Counted from the first letter of the stretch, positions 17,102 through 26,598 are shown. The stretch: 64,000 nucleotides of DNA from Minisyncoccia bacterium (GCA_049274895.1 JBASTM010000008.1:645-64644), one strand, 5' to 3'. Program-made: numbers and translations. The notes: generated by a model not told the origin, from the sequence alone.

Positions 17102-18259
17102 TCATTGCATTGTGGCAAACCTTTGACGCATAGTCTCGGCTTGTTTAATGATTCGGCATTCCACTTGTTGTGCGGTCATACTCTCGGCTTCCAACCAGAA
17201 AACAACTGCTCTCCGAATAAATATCAGTGAAAGGAGATCGCCACATCTTTCTCGTTGGTTCGCCGTAAGATTGCCATCCGCGAATTTGGATAAAAAACGA
17301 TAAAGAACCTCTGACCAATCTTCAGCTGAAAATACTGGTTCAGGCGCAAGCATTCTTCTCTCTATTGTTAAATAAAAGTCTTCCAGGAAAAAGAGATATT
17401 CTTCCTTGAGACGTTTAAATCTTTCCGTAGCGTCAGCCATTAACTTTTTTGCTTTTTCCTTGTGAGGGAACATGGCTTTGTCGTCTATACCAACTCGAGA
17501 TGGCGGTTTAAGATTAATATAACGAACAGTTTGATGGCCCACCCTCCAGTAAGAACTGATGCATTCAAGAGCCGTCTGGGATACTTGTGTAAACATGGGC
17601 ATGATCTTGGGAAAGCTGGGTTTATGAAACTTTTTACCAAGAAAAGACTCGCCAATTTTAAATCCTCCGCCTATTGAATGAAGAGTCATGAAGATGTCTA
17701 TGCCATATTGAAAAGCAGTAGGCGGTACCGTCCGTGACAATAGATAGTCCACCACCTCTTTGCTTAGCGCGAATTCTCCTCCGATTGGCTGGCGTATAGT
17801 GATGCCGAATACTGCGCAGATCAAGGGTAGCGCCAGATGGTTTGTTATACTGCCCTCAAATCTATTCCTACTGTATAGCGGGCACACATAATCGCAGGCA
17901 CCGTCAGTCACAGGGCTAATCAAGTTAGGAACCCACGACGGTTCTATTGTCAGTAGGTCAGCATCGAAAGTCGCTGTGACTTTTGCACCGATTGAATGGC
18001 TATACCCAAACAGCGATAGTAAGTTTTTTCCCTTACCCCTGTTCTCCCCGCCAGTATTAATGAAATGCTTTGAACATTTGGTTTCTGTGGTGAGAAAAGC
18101 AGATCTAGTACCGTCAGAACTATTATTATCAACATTAACTATGACACACTCCTGTGACATGAATGTTTTGGATAAACCCGCGTCAATGATTGACACGACA
18201 TTGCCGATAGAATCGGCCTCATTAAAAGACGGGATTCCCACAACTATCTTGGTTTCCAT
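17102..18259 (-). CDS. GT2-family (GT-A fold) glycosyltransferase
   Basis: IVVGIPSFNEADSI near the N-terminus and DxD-like TFDADL. Confidence 0.5.
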   Translation of the reverse strand: METKIVVGIPSFNEADSIGNVVSIIDAGLSKTFMSQECVIVNVDNNSSDGTRSAFLTTETKCSKHFINTGGENRGKGKNLLSLFGYSHSIGAKVTATFDADLLTIEPSWVPNLISPVTDGACDYVCPLYSRNRFEGSITNHLALPLICAVFGITIRQPIGGEFALSKEVVDYLLSRTVPPTAFQYGIDIFMTLHSIGGGFKIGESFLGKKFHKPSFPKIMPMFTQVSQTALECISSYWRVGHQTVRYINLKPPSRVGIDDKAMFPHKEKAKKLMADATERFKRLKEEYLFFLEDFYLTIERRMLAPEPVFSAEDWSEVLYRFLSKFADGNLTANQRERCGDLLSLIFIRRAVVFWLEAESMTAQQVECRIIKQAETMRQRFATMQ

Positions 18260-18534
18260 GGATCATATCCTCCTATTTTTATTGTGTTTGTAAAGGAACT
18301 TGTTAGCTAAACTAAAAATACAGACTATTATACGCTTTGTCAAATTATCCACAAATATACATACCTAAAACAATCCGATATTATGATAGATTAGTAACAT
18401 ACCTATTTAGTTATCGGCAATAAAGAGACACCCGCAATGCCTTTTTATAGTGTCTTATTTGTCTCATTTTGAAATCAGACCCCCGACCCACATGCCTAAA
18501 ATCCAGCCCTGTTCAGACGCTCAAAAAACCCTTA

Positions 18535-18662
18535 TAATGCTTGCATAGTACGGGCACTTAACCCGAGTACACCGCAATAATCCGCAAGGACAGCTGGGAG
18601 CTGTCCGAGCGGCTCGAACCATATTTTGCCTGCCTACCGGCAGGCAGGTCGGGGTTTTTTAT
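18535..18662 (+). ncRNA. Candidate small RNA (promoter-like TTATAAT followed by nested hairpins and a terminator)
   Basis: CTTATAATGCTTGCATAG, then hairpins (GACAGCTgggAGCTGTC and CGAGCggCTCG), then GCCTGCCTACCGGCAGGCAGG + TCGGGGTTTTTT; sits in a 420-nt intergenic region. Confidence 0.2.
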
Positions 18663-18719
18663 TTCCGTATTTCTCTCAAAATATATTTTGTGGTAGATTA
18701 TTTATATATTTAATTTTTT

Positions 18720-19046
18720 ATGTCCGACGCTATAGAAAGGTACCAGGGCTTAGGTAGTAAAGAAGAAACAGGGGATCTCTCCGGTCTTTTTGACGATGAA
18801 GAATCCGGTGAAACCGGAGAAAACAAAACAGAACTGACTCCCGAACGGGTCGCCCGGGTTTGGGATAAGTTAAGCGATATAGAAAAAAAGTTTGTGACCA
18901 CAACCGACGAACAGTTTGCTGCTATTATTCCCGGATACGAAGAGAAATATGGCGAGAAAAAAGCCGGCGTAATCAAAGCCCTACGCAAGCTGATATTGTC
19001 GGGCGACCCCAGAGCTGGTTTAATTCAGGCCGAGGCGAGTTTGTAA
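18720..19046 (+). CDS. Hypothetical acidic protein, translationally coupled to tgt (TAATG overlap)
   Basis: 108-aa ORF whose stop overlaps the tgt start. Confidence 0.4.
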   Translation: MSDAIERYQGLGSKEETGDLSGLFDDEESGETGENKTELTPERVARVWDKLSDIEKKFVTTTDEQFAAIIPGYEEKYGEKKAGVIKALRKLILSGDPRAGLIQAEASL

Positions 19047-20218
19047 TGTTTAAGATTCTAAAGAAAGATTCCAACTCAAAAGCGCGACTCGGCGTTTTAG
19101 AAACTCCGCACGGCGCGGTGGAAACTCCAACTTATGTAGTGGTGGGCACGCATGCCAAGGTCCGCGAACTTTCGCCTCAAGACCTTATCAATTCAAAAAC
19201 TCAAATTGTTATCGCCAATACCTATCACTTATGGCAGGCGTTGGGCGACGAGGGGCTTAAAAAATATCAAGGGCTACATCAAGCTATGAACTGGAACCGC
19301 CCGCTGATGACCGACTCGGGCGGATTCCAGGTTTTTAGTTTAGGTTTTGCCCGGGAGTTGGGTGTTGGGAAGATAGGTGATAGGTCCAATAAGACCCATA
19401 GGACCGATAAGGAAAAGAATTTGGTTAAGATTACGGATGATGGCGTCTATTTTCAAGTTGACGGCGGTGAGCAGTTTTTGGACGCCGCCAAATCAATTTG
19501 GATCCAGGAACAACTCGGCGCGGATATTATTTTGGCTTTTGACGAGCCCACTTCGCCTTTGCACGATTATAAATACAATCAAGAGGCATTAACACGCACT
19601 CACCGCTGGGCGGCGGAGTCGCTTAAAGCCAAAACATCCCAGCAATTTTTGTATGGCATTGTTCAGGGCGGCTTGTTTGAAGACTTGCGCCAAGAGAGCG
19701 CCAAGTTCACTAGCTCTTTGGATTTTGACGGTTTCGCCGTGGGCGGATCTTTCGGCGCGTCGTTCGGCGGCGAAGGGCGGTCCTTCGCGGAATTAGATTG
19801 GGTGGTGCCGCATTTGCCCGAAAACAAACCGCGCCATCTTTTAGGTATTGGCCTTGTGGAGGATTTGTTCGCGGGCGTGTCTAAAGGCATAGATACTTTT
19901 GACTGCGTGGTGCCCACGCGCGAGGGCCGGCACGGCAATTTGTACACGTCGCAAGGCGAAATTAACATCCAGCGCGGCCTGTATCGGAGCGATCAAACAA
20001 TTTTAGATCCCGATTGCCGATGCGAAGTCTGCGCCGTAAAAAAAACCAGCCGCGGCCAGCTGCGCCAGTTGTTCAAAGATAAAAACCGCGAGGCCGGCTA
20101 CTTGGCCTCGTTCCACAACGTTTATTTTTTCAACAACCTGATGGCCCAAATCCGACAGGCCATCGCCGCGGGGAGGTTTGGAAAATTGATGGCCGAGAGG
20201 TTAGCAGTCCGCTCGTAA
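19046..20218 (+). CDS. tgt: Queuine tRNA-ribosyltransferase
   Basis: LMTDSGGFQV catalytic region and C-terminal zinc site CRCEVC…H; an in-frame insertion is present. Confidence 0.85.
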   Translation: MFKILKKDSNSKARLGVLETPHGAVETPTYVVVGTHAKVRELSPQDLINSKTQIVIANTYHLWQALGDEGLKKYQGLHQAMNWNRPLMTDSGGFQVFSLGFARELGVGKIGDRSNKTHRTDKEKNLVKITDDGVYFQVDGGEQFLDAAKSIWIQEQLGADIILAFDEPTSPLHDYKYNQEALTRTHRWAAESLKAKTSQQFLYGIVQGGLFEDLRQESAKFTSSLDFDGFAVGGSFGASFGGEGRSFAELDWVVPHLPENKPRHLLGIGLVEDLFAGVSKGIDTFDCVVPTREGRHGNLYTSQGEINIQRGLYRSDQTILDPDCRCEVCAVKKTSRGQLRQLFKDKNREAGYLASFHNVYFFNNLMAQIRQAIAAGRFGKLMAERLAVRS

Positions 20219-20258
20219 TTTGGTATAATTATTTTAGTCGCTAAAATACTTTAGCTAA

Positions 20259-20822
20259 ATGAAATTCTATTTTAACCGGGCTTTAAGAATTTTGCTGGCC
20301 ACCAATGCCGCCGTTATTTTTGCCGCGGCCATGTTGACGCCGATCTACGCTATTTACGTGGAAAAAATCGGCGGCGATATTCTGGACGCCGGTTTATCCA
20401 GCGGAGTTTTTGCTTTGGTGAGCGGCATGGTGGTTTTAGTTGCCGGGCGTTACAGCGACAAAATGAAAGACAGCGAGCTTTTGGTGATCGCCGGTTATAT
20501 TGTTTTGGGTTTGGGTTTTTTCCTTTATAATTTTGTGGATACGGTGATGTCGTTATTTATGGTTCAGGCGTTGATCGGTTTGGGTTACGCTTCCACGGCG
20601 CCGGCCTACGATGCCCTTTACACCAAACACGTGGATGGCCACCGTTCGGGCTGGCAATGGAGCGGCTGGGAAGCCATGGCCTATTTCACCACGGCGGCTG
20701 GTTCGGTGGCCGGCGGGTTCGTGGTCTCATGGTTTGGCTTTAGCGCTCTTTTTGTGACTATGTCGGTCTTATGTCTGCTTAGCGCCCTATATATGTATCT
20801 CTTGCCCCGCCGGGTGCTGTAA
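20259..20822 (+). CDS. Half-size MFS-like membrane protein
   Basis: About 6 TM helices with an MFS-like GRYSDK loop. Confidence 0.4.
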   Translation: MKFYFNRALRILLATNAAVIFAAAMLTPIYAIYVEKIGGDILDAGLSSGVFALVSGMVVLVAGRYSDKMKDSELLVIAGYIVLGLGFFLYNFVDTVMSLFMVQALIGLGYASTAPAYDALYTKHVDGHRSGWQWSGWEAMAYFTTAAGSVAGGFVVSWFGFSALFVTMSVLCLLSALYMYLLPRRVL

Positions 20823-20851
20823 GCGGTTATGTTTTGTGGTAATATGCGTTT

Positions 20852-21046
20852 ATGAATACGGTTACAACTAAAGAAAAGATACTATTCAAAAACGGTAAAC
20901 CCGATGCCGTGATTTTGGATATTGGCCGCTATGAAAAGTTACTGGAAGTCGCGGAGGAGAAAGAAGATTTGGCGGAACTAAAGCGCATCAAAAAATCCAA
21001 AACCTCGTTTAAGGAACTCAAGAATTATCTAAAAAAAAGTGAATAG
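20852..21046 (+). CDS. Type II antitoxin (Phd/YefM-like)
   Basis: 64-aa protein overlapping the downstream RelE/ParE toxin by 8 nt. Confidence 0.5.
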   Translation: MNTVTTKEKILFKNGKPDAVILDIGRYEKLLEVAEEKEDLAELKRIKKSKTSFKELKNYLKKSE

Positions 21047-21290
21047 GATTTTACTGGAACGCCAAGCCGAAAGGGACTTGGACGCGCTCGATTTGTCCTT
21101 GAAGAAGAGGATAGTCGGGCGCGTTTTATTGCTAGCTAAAAACCCGAGACCGCACGGTTCAAAAAAATTGACAGGGTCAGCCAGCGCTTGGCGGATCAGG
21201 ATAGGCGATTGGAGGGTGATTTACGAGATTGATGATAGGTTGAGAGAGGTTAAAATTTACCGTATCAAACACCGGAGCAAGGCATACTAA
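21039..21290 (+). CDS. RelE/ParE-family toxin
   Basis: …WRIRIGDWRVIYEIDDRLREVKIYRIKHRSKAY is the C-terminal signature of RelE/ParE. Confidence 0.7.
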   Translation: MNRILLERQAERDLDALDLSLKKRIVGRVLLLAKNPRPHGSKKLTGSASAWRIRIGDWRVIYEIDDRLREVKIYRIKHRSKAY

Positions 21291-21340
21291 GACCCCTTTT
21301 TATTTTATGGCAGTTCGGCTATGCTTCATATGATAAAATT

Positions 21341-23464
21341 ATGCCCGCTTCAATTATAAATTGCTCTGATCTTAAAGAAGCCGATGTGGTTTTGTTGGGC
21401 GCCAATTACGACGTCACTTCGTCTTTTGGCAAAGGGGCGAGCCATGGCCCGGCGGCCATTATTGATTGCTTGCATACCCAAGTTGAATTTTTAGACCGCT
21501 ACACCGGCCTGACGCCGCGGGATCACTTGAAGATCGCTTACCAAGATTTGGGTGATCTAAATTCGCTTAGTCCCGAGGCAATGGTGGACAGAATCAAAAA
21601 CGCTTACGGCGAGCATTTGGGTTTTGGGCGTTTCAACATTCTTTTAGGCGGCGAGCATTCCGTGACCAGCGGGGCCTTAAAAGCCATCGGCCAGCGCCAT
21701 TTTCCGTCCGAAATAACCGTGGTGCAACTGGACGCCCATTTTGATTTGCGCGACACCGACGAGGATTTTAACGACCAGCCGTGGGGCAGGTATTCTCATG
21801 CCACAGTGATGAGGCGGGCCTTTGAACTCGGTTATAAAATAGTTTCGGTGGGCGTGCGGGCTTATTCCGGCCAAGAATACGATTTTGCCCGCGAGCGCGG
21901 CATTGCCTTTTTTGAATGGGGTAAAGGCAGGGTGCCTTCTCACCAAGAAATCTTAAAGGCCATTACCACCGACAAAGTTTATTTGACCATAGACGCGGAC
22001 GGTTTTGACCCGGTGCATCTGCCGGCCACCGGCACGCCCGTGCAGGGCGGGCTGGAATGGAATTACGCCTTAGGGCTGATAAGTGAAATTTTTAAGCATA
22101 AAAAAGTTGTCGGCGCCGATGTGGTGGAGGTTTCACCCAGGGCGGGCGATACGCTGACCGAATACGGCGCCGCCCAAATTTGCCATAATTTAATGGCCGG
22201 GCATTTAAGCGGGACCGATAAATTAAAAAATATGAATACAGAACCTGATTTTGGGCTTGACGGGAATCCGGGCCATCAAGTTGTTGGTGATGGCCAAATG
22301 GGCGCGCCGGTGATCGGCCGCAGCGTGGCAGAATGCGCTTCGTTAAAAGATATTTTTGAAAATGCCCTGCCGGCTTTCGGCGGAGCTTATCTTAAAAGAG
22401 TTTATAGTATTTTACGCCAGGCCATTTTAAACAACGTGCCTCTGGTAATAAGTATAGCCGGGCCGGTGACCGTGTCCGATCAGCACCGCGCCTGGCTGAT
22501 TCCCTTGCTGGAAACCGGCTGGGTGGCCTATTTAACTACCACCGACGCCGCCTGCTACCACGACGGCCACGACGCCTTGTATAAATCAGCCCCAGGGGAT
22601 CGCCCCATAAAAGAAGTTGATATTTTCGGCGACGACGGCGCTTACCGCGAAGCGGGAATCATACGCGTGGCCGATACCGGATTCAAAGAACAAGTTATTT
22701 TTGACCAGGACCGGATGATTTCGGCCGTGTTGCAACGTCCTGAATTCCAAAAACGCATGACCACCACCGAGCGCAATTATATGTTGGGTCGGTATTATCA
22801 AAATCAGGAAGAGGAAGTCGGTGTTCGGCCGGGGTTACTCTCCACTTGTTCGCGTTTGGGCCTGCCGGTGTTCGTGGGCGCCGCGGCCGACGGCAGCGCT
22901 TTTCTCAACTCCGTAAAACTGTGGGCCTTAAACCGTGTTTCCAACCGCCCCTATTGGTTTGACTATGATCTCCACGCCGACGTTTTTGAAAGCTGCGCTT
23001 ACCATTATTGGGGTCTTTTTGATTCCGAAGCCAAGGCCTTGGGCGCTTTGATTTTGGGCGGGGGCGTGCCCAAAAATTACAGTTTGCAGCCCGAGCCGAC
23101 GCTGTCGCAGATATTTTTGTTGCCGGGCATCCGCGGCTACGATTACGACGTCCAGATTGTATCTTCTCCGGTAACCGACGGCAGTTTATCTGGCTGTCTT
23201 CCGGCCGAGGCGGTGAGCTGGGGTAAGGTTAACCCCGAAACTTATCGCCAGCAAACCGAGAGCATGCAGGCCGATTATTCTATGGTAATGCCCTTCATCG
23301 TCAAAGCCCTGCTGGATGATCCCGCTCTTCCACGCCGGCCCCAGCTGGGTTTGTATCATCGCCGCCAGGAACTGGTTAACAAACTTTTTGACGCAGTGGC
23401 CCAGAACCAAGCGGCCATTGAAGAAACCTTAAATTATCCCCTTAAAATTGTAGCCAGTGCTTAG
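21341..23464 (+). CDS. Fusion protein: ureohydrolase (agmatinase/arginase family) N-domain plus deoxyhypusine-synthase-like C-domain
   Basis: N-terminal half GGEHSVT…DAHFDLRD…DADGFDP (Mn-binding ureohydrolase motifs); C-terminal half GGGVPKN…AEAVSWGKV (deoxyhypusine/homospermidine synthase NAD-site and catalytic-Lys motif). Confidence 0.6.
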   Translation: MPASIINCSDLKEADVVLLGANYDVTSSFGKGASHGPAAIIDCLHTQVEFLDRYTGLTPRDHLKIAYQDLGDLNSLSPEAMVDRIKNAYGEHLGFGRFNILLGGEHSVTSGALKAIGQRHFPSEITVVQLDAHFDLRDTDEDFNDQPWGRYSHATVMRRAFELGYKIVSVGVRAYSGQEYDFARERGIAFFEWGKGRVPSHQEILKAITTDKVYLTIDADGFDPVHLPATGTPVQGGLEWNYALGLISEIFKHKKVVGADVVEVSPRAGDTLTEYGAAQICHNLMAGHLSGTDKLKNMNTEPDFGLDGNPGHQVVGDGQMGAPVIGRSVAECASLKDIFENALPAFGGAYLKRVYSILRQAILNNVPLVISIAGPVTVSDQHRAWLIPLLETGWVAYLTTTDAACYHDGHDALYKSAPGDRPIKEVDIFGDDGAYREAGIIRVADTGFKEQVIFDQDRMISAVLQRPEFQKRMTTTERNYMLGRYYQNQEEEVGVRPGLLSTCSRLGLPVFVGAAADGSAFLNSVKLWALNRVSNRPYWFDYDLHADVFESCAYHYWGLFDSEAKALGALILGGGVPKNYSLQPEPTLSQIFLLPGIRGYDYDVQIVSSPVTDGSLSGCLPAEAVSWGKVNPETYRQQTESMQADYSMVMPFIVKALLDDPALPRRPQLGLYHRRQELVNKLFDAVAQNQAAIEETLNYPLKIVASA

Positions 23465-23506
23465 ACCGGGTCTAGACCTTAATGATATACTTAAAGAATA
23501 GAGAAT

Positions 23507-24343
23507 ATGCCTGAATTTTTCCAAGATTTATTCAAAAGAAAACAAGTACAAGTGGAGGATTCTGAAGATCATGAAGAAAAACCCCAACAACTGCCGGTTG
23601 TTGAGGAGCCGAGTCCATCCGAGCGTCTAAGATCACCTTTGGAAACACCAGAGGAAGGTGTGCTTGAAAGCCGTGAGAAAACAGATAGCAAACTCTTAGG
23701 CGGCGGGTGCAATACGACTGTATTTATTGAACTGAAAGATGACGGTTCGGGTATCTTTAAACCTAAAAGTGGTGAGAATGAGAATTTAAGGGAAAATATA
23801 AGAGCTGGGACATATTTTCAGCGTGAACGAGCTGCCTATCTACTAGACAAATTTTTAGGGTTTGATCTGGTTCCTCCGACTGTTGTGCGTGAGATAGATG
23901 GCGAGATTGGTAGCTTCCAGCAATTTATTCCCGATGCCCAGCCAGGACGTCGAGTTGAACATAGCGAACTTGATGAAGCTGCTATTAAGCAGCAATTAAT
24001 AAAGCTTTGGATTTTTGATTGTATTATTTTTAATTCGGACCGCCACTGGAGCAATTTTTTAGTTAAAGATAAAAAAGTTTACGCTATTGATAATGGGTTA
24101 TCGTTTGGTGATGAAATATTTTATCCTCATGACAGTTTTTTTGATGTCCCGATTCCTCCGGAAATAGTTGAGGGTATTAAGAAGTTTCTTTTGTGGAAAG
24201 AAGGCAGAAAAATATGCGAAGATTTGCTCGGAGAGCTTTTGAGCTCGGAAGAAGTTGCGGCCTGTATGAGGCGTATAGAAAGAATCGCCAGTATTATTAA
24301 ACAGCACGGCCAAGTGCCTCGGGAGTCTGAGTTGGTTTTTTGA
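23507..24343 (+). CDS. PI3K/PI4K-like atypical kinase domain protein
   Basis: Catalytic-loop-like FNSDRHWSNFLV and activation-loop-like AIDNGLSFG (the DRHxxN…IDxG pattern of PI3/PI4-kinase-family folds); Pro/Glu-rich disordered N-terminus. Confidence 0.45.
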   Translation: MPEFFQDLFKRKQVQVEDSEDHEEKPQQLPVVEEPSPSERLRSPLETPEEGVLESREKTDSKLLGGGCNTTVFIELKDDGSGIFKPKSGENENLRENIRAGTYFQRERAAYLLDKFLGFDLVPPTVVREIDGEIGSFQQFIPDAQPGRRVEHSELDEAAIKQQLIKLWIFDCIIFNSDRHWSNFLVKDKKVYAIDNGLSFGDEIFYPHDSFFDVPIPPEIVEGIKKFLLWKEGRKICEDLLGELLSSEEVAACMRRIERIASIIKQHGQVPRESELVF

Positions 24344-24606
24344 CAGCTATGAAATTTGTAGAGATATATAAAATTCAAAATGACGGTTCGCAAACTATAG
24401 CGGCAATATGCAAACTTGCCGGCGAGACGGTTGTCTGTGAGGGTGAGCCGGTGTTGATTAGCGGATTGGAGCAAGAGGGGATTTGGGATGATTCAAAAAC
24501 TCCACCGCAGAAAGTTTTTCCCAAAGACGGCCTGGCTTTTTTAGACCGGCTCCGTTTTACTTTTAAGTCCGGTTATCTTAATGCCTCCGAAGTTAAGGAG
24601 GAATAA
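24340..24606 (+). CDS. Hypothetical protein
   Basis: 88-aa ORF overlapping the kinase-like gene stop by 4 nt. Confidence 0.35.
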   Translation: MTAMKFVEIYKIQNDGSQTIAAICKLAGETVVCEGEPVLISGLEQEGIWDDSKTPPQKVFPKDGLAFLDRLRFTFKSGYLNASEVKEE

Positions 24607-24613
24607 ACCCACA

Positions 24614-24643
24614 CCCACAAAGGGTTACCCTTTGTGGGTTTAG
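24614..24643 (+). terminator. Rho-independent terminator
   Basis: Perfect palindrome CCCACAAAGGGTtACCCTTTGTGGG followed by TTTAG. Confidence 0.6.
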
Positions 24644-24852
24644 AAACCAAACGGCCATTGAAGAAACCTTAAACTATCCTCTCAAGATCATCACCCAATC
24701 CTAAAAATCTTAAAACGTATACCGAGCTAGCGGTAGCAAGCTCGGTATACAAATTATTGAACACCCGGTGTTTGATCGATAAAGTCTCTAATGTGGTGGA
24801 CGGATACAAGCATTTGATTTTCTAGCTCGTTTTTGGTATCTTTAGTTTTATT

Positions 24853-25044
24853 ATGATCACTCAAACTCGCACACGAACTGCCCATCTGCCGTTGGCGCTC
24901 CACCAGGCCGCGGAGAGTCTTAAAAAGTTGTCCAAAAATGAATTGGAAACTTTGGAATTGCTTTTAGACAAAGAAACCAGCCGAGTTATTAAGCGGAGCG
25001 TTTCTCAAGCTAAGAAAGGCCAGATGCGAGAACTTAAGCCGTGA
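24853..25044 (+). CDS. Putative antitoxin of a small TA pair
   Basis: 63-aa ORF overlapping the next ORF by 4 nt. Confidence 0.3.
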   Translation: MITQTRTRTAHLPLALHQAAESLKKLSKNELETLELLLDKETSRVIKRSVSQAKKGQMRELKP

Positions 25045-25223
25045 AAATTGGTGATCAGCTCTCCGGACCGCTAGATTGGCTCCGGAGTTTTCATTTTTCA
25101 AGCCGGATTGGGCCACACAGGATTGCTTACAGTCTTGATCCAAGAGCGAGTAAGATTGTGATTCATTATGCCGGTTATCGAGGTGGTTTCTATGAGAAAC
25201 TAAAACAGGCCCTGGATAAGTAA
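25041..25223 (+). CDS. RelE/ParE-like toxin (short)
   Basis: …HRIAYSLDPRASKIVIHYAGYRGGFYE resembles the RelE/ParE C-terminal core. Confidence 0.35.
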   Translation: MKIGDQLSGPLDWLRSFHFSSRIGPHRIAYSLDPRASKIVIHYAGYRGGFYEKLKQALDK

Positions 25224-25371
25224 TCTTTGGGTTATTGACTTTTGATAGGGCGATATATTACAATGGGTTTACGATTATTTTGGCGGAATTTAACAGGTTA
25301 GGGAATAGGGTAATTTTACCTTGGTTTTTCTATCGTAAAAACTTAAATAAATTAAATAATCAATAAAAAAT

Positions 25372-26565
25372 ATGGCAGACAAGTTCGAACGGAATAAGCC
25401 GCACATTAACGTCGGCACCATCGGCCACGTCGACCACGGCAAGACCACTTTAACCGCGGCGATTTTGCATGTCCTTCATATGAAGGGTTTGGTTAAGCGT
25501 CTGGAAAAAGTGGACGATATTGATAACGCGCCCGAAGAAAAGGCGCGCGGCATTACCATTGCCTTGCACCACTCGGAATACGAATCCGAAAAGCGCCACT
25601 ACGCCCATATCGACGCGCCCGGCCACGCCGACTACATTAAAAACATGATCACCGGCGCCGCCCAGATGGACGGCGCGGTTTTGGTGGTTTCGGCGGCCGA
25701 CGGCCCGATGCCGCAGACCCGCGAGCATATTCTCTTGGCGCGCCAGGTGGGCGTGCCGGCCGTGATCGTCTTTTTGAATAAGGTAGACCAGGTGGATGAT
25801 CCCGAACTTATTGATTTGGTTGAAGCCGAAGTTAGGGAATTGTTAAAGAAATATGAATATCCCGGCGATACTACGCCCATCATCAGGGGCTCGGCCCTTA
25901 AAGCCCTGGAAGCCAAATCGGCCGATGACGAAGTGGCCAAACCAATTTTGGAATTGGTCAAAGCCATGGATGATTTTATTCCCGAACCGAAAAGAGAAAC
26001 CGATAAACCTTTCCTGATGCCGGTGGAAGATATTTTTTCCATAGAAGGCCGGGGCACGGTGGTTACCGGCAGAATTGAGCGCGGCCAGGTTAAAATAAAC
26101 GAAGAGGTTGAAATTGTGGGCTTGCGCCCCACCGCCAAAACCGTTATCACCGGCATAGAAATGTTCAACCGCTCTCTGGACGAAGGCCAAGCGGGCGACA
26201 ACGCCGGTTTGCTGCTTCGGGGCACCAAAAAAGAAGACGTGGAGCGCGGCCAAGTTTTGGCCAAGCCGGGTACCATTACGCCCCACACCGATTTTGAAGC
26301 CGAGATTTACGTTTTGAATAAAGAAGAAGGCGGCCGCCATACGCCTTTCTTTAAGGGTTACAAGCCCCAGTTTTACGTGCGGACCACCGATGTTACCGGA
26401 GAAGTTTTACTGCCCGAAGGCACCGAGATGGTTATGCCGGGCGACACGGTGAAGTTGGCGGTTAAATTAATCGCCCCGGTGGCGCTGGAAGAAAAGCAAA
26501 GATTTGCCATCCGGGAGGGCGGCAAAACGGTGGGCGCCGGCGTGGTTACCCAGGTAATCAAATAA
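25372..26565 (+). CDS. tuf: Elongation factor Tu
   Basis: [14 protein letters not shown] and NKVD GTPase motifs; full-length EF-Tu. Confidence 0.95.
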   Translation: MADKFERNKPHINVGTIGHVDHGKTTLTAAILHVLHMKGLVKRLEKVDDIDNAPEEKARGITIALHHSEYESEKRHYAHIDAPGHADYIKNMITGAAQMDGAVLVVSAADGPMPQTREHILLARQVGVPAVIVFLNKVDQVDDPELIDLVEAEVRELLKKYEYPGDTTPIIRGSALKALEAKSADDEVAKPILELVKAMDDFIPEPKRETDKPFLMPVEDIFSIEGRGTVVTGRIERGQVKINEEVEIVGLRPTAKTVITGIEMFNRSLDEGQAGDNAGLLLRGTKKEDVERGQVLAKPGTITPHTDFEAEIYVLNKEEGGRHTPFFKGYKPQFYVRTTDVTGEVLLPEGTEMVMPGDTVKLAVKLIAPVALEEKQRFAIREGGKTVGAGVVTQVIK

Positions 26566-26598
26566 GGCCGGTACTCGCTTTGTACTTTTAGACGAAAA

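Larger units (their letters stand above)
23442..24643 (+). mobile_element. 1.2-kb insertion at the 3' end of the agmatinase-DHS gene, flanked by 38-nt direct repeats of the gene terminus
   Basis: GAACCAAGCGGCCATTGAAGAAACCTTAAATTATCCCC at 23404-23441 is repeated as AAACCAAACGGCCATTGAAGAAACCTTAAACTATCCTC at 24644-24681; the interval carries the kinase-like gene, an 88-aa ORF and a palindromic terminator. Confidence 0.5.

Noticed and set aside
25632-26340. Two long minus-strand ORFs inside tuf
   Set aside because: Antisense to a highly conserved EF-Tu gene, with a Pro/Ser/Ala-rich translation typical of the GC-rich antisense frame.
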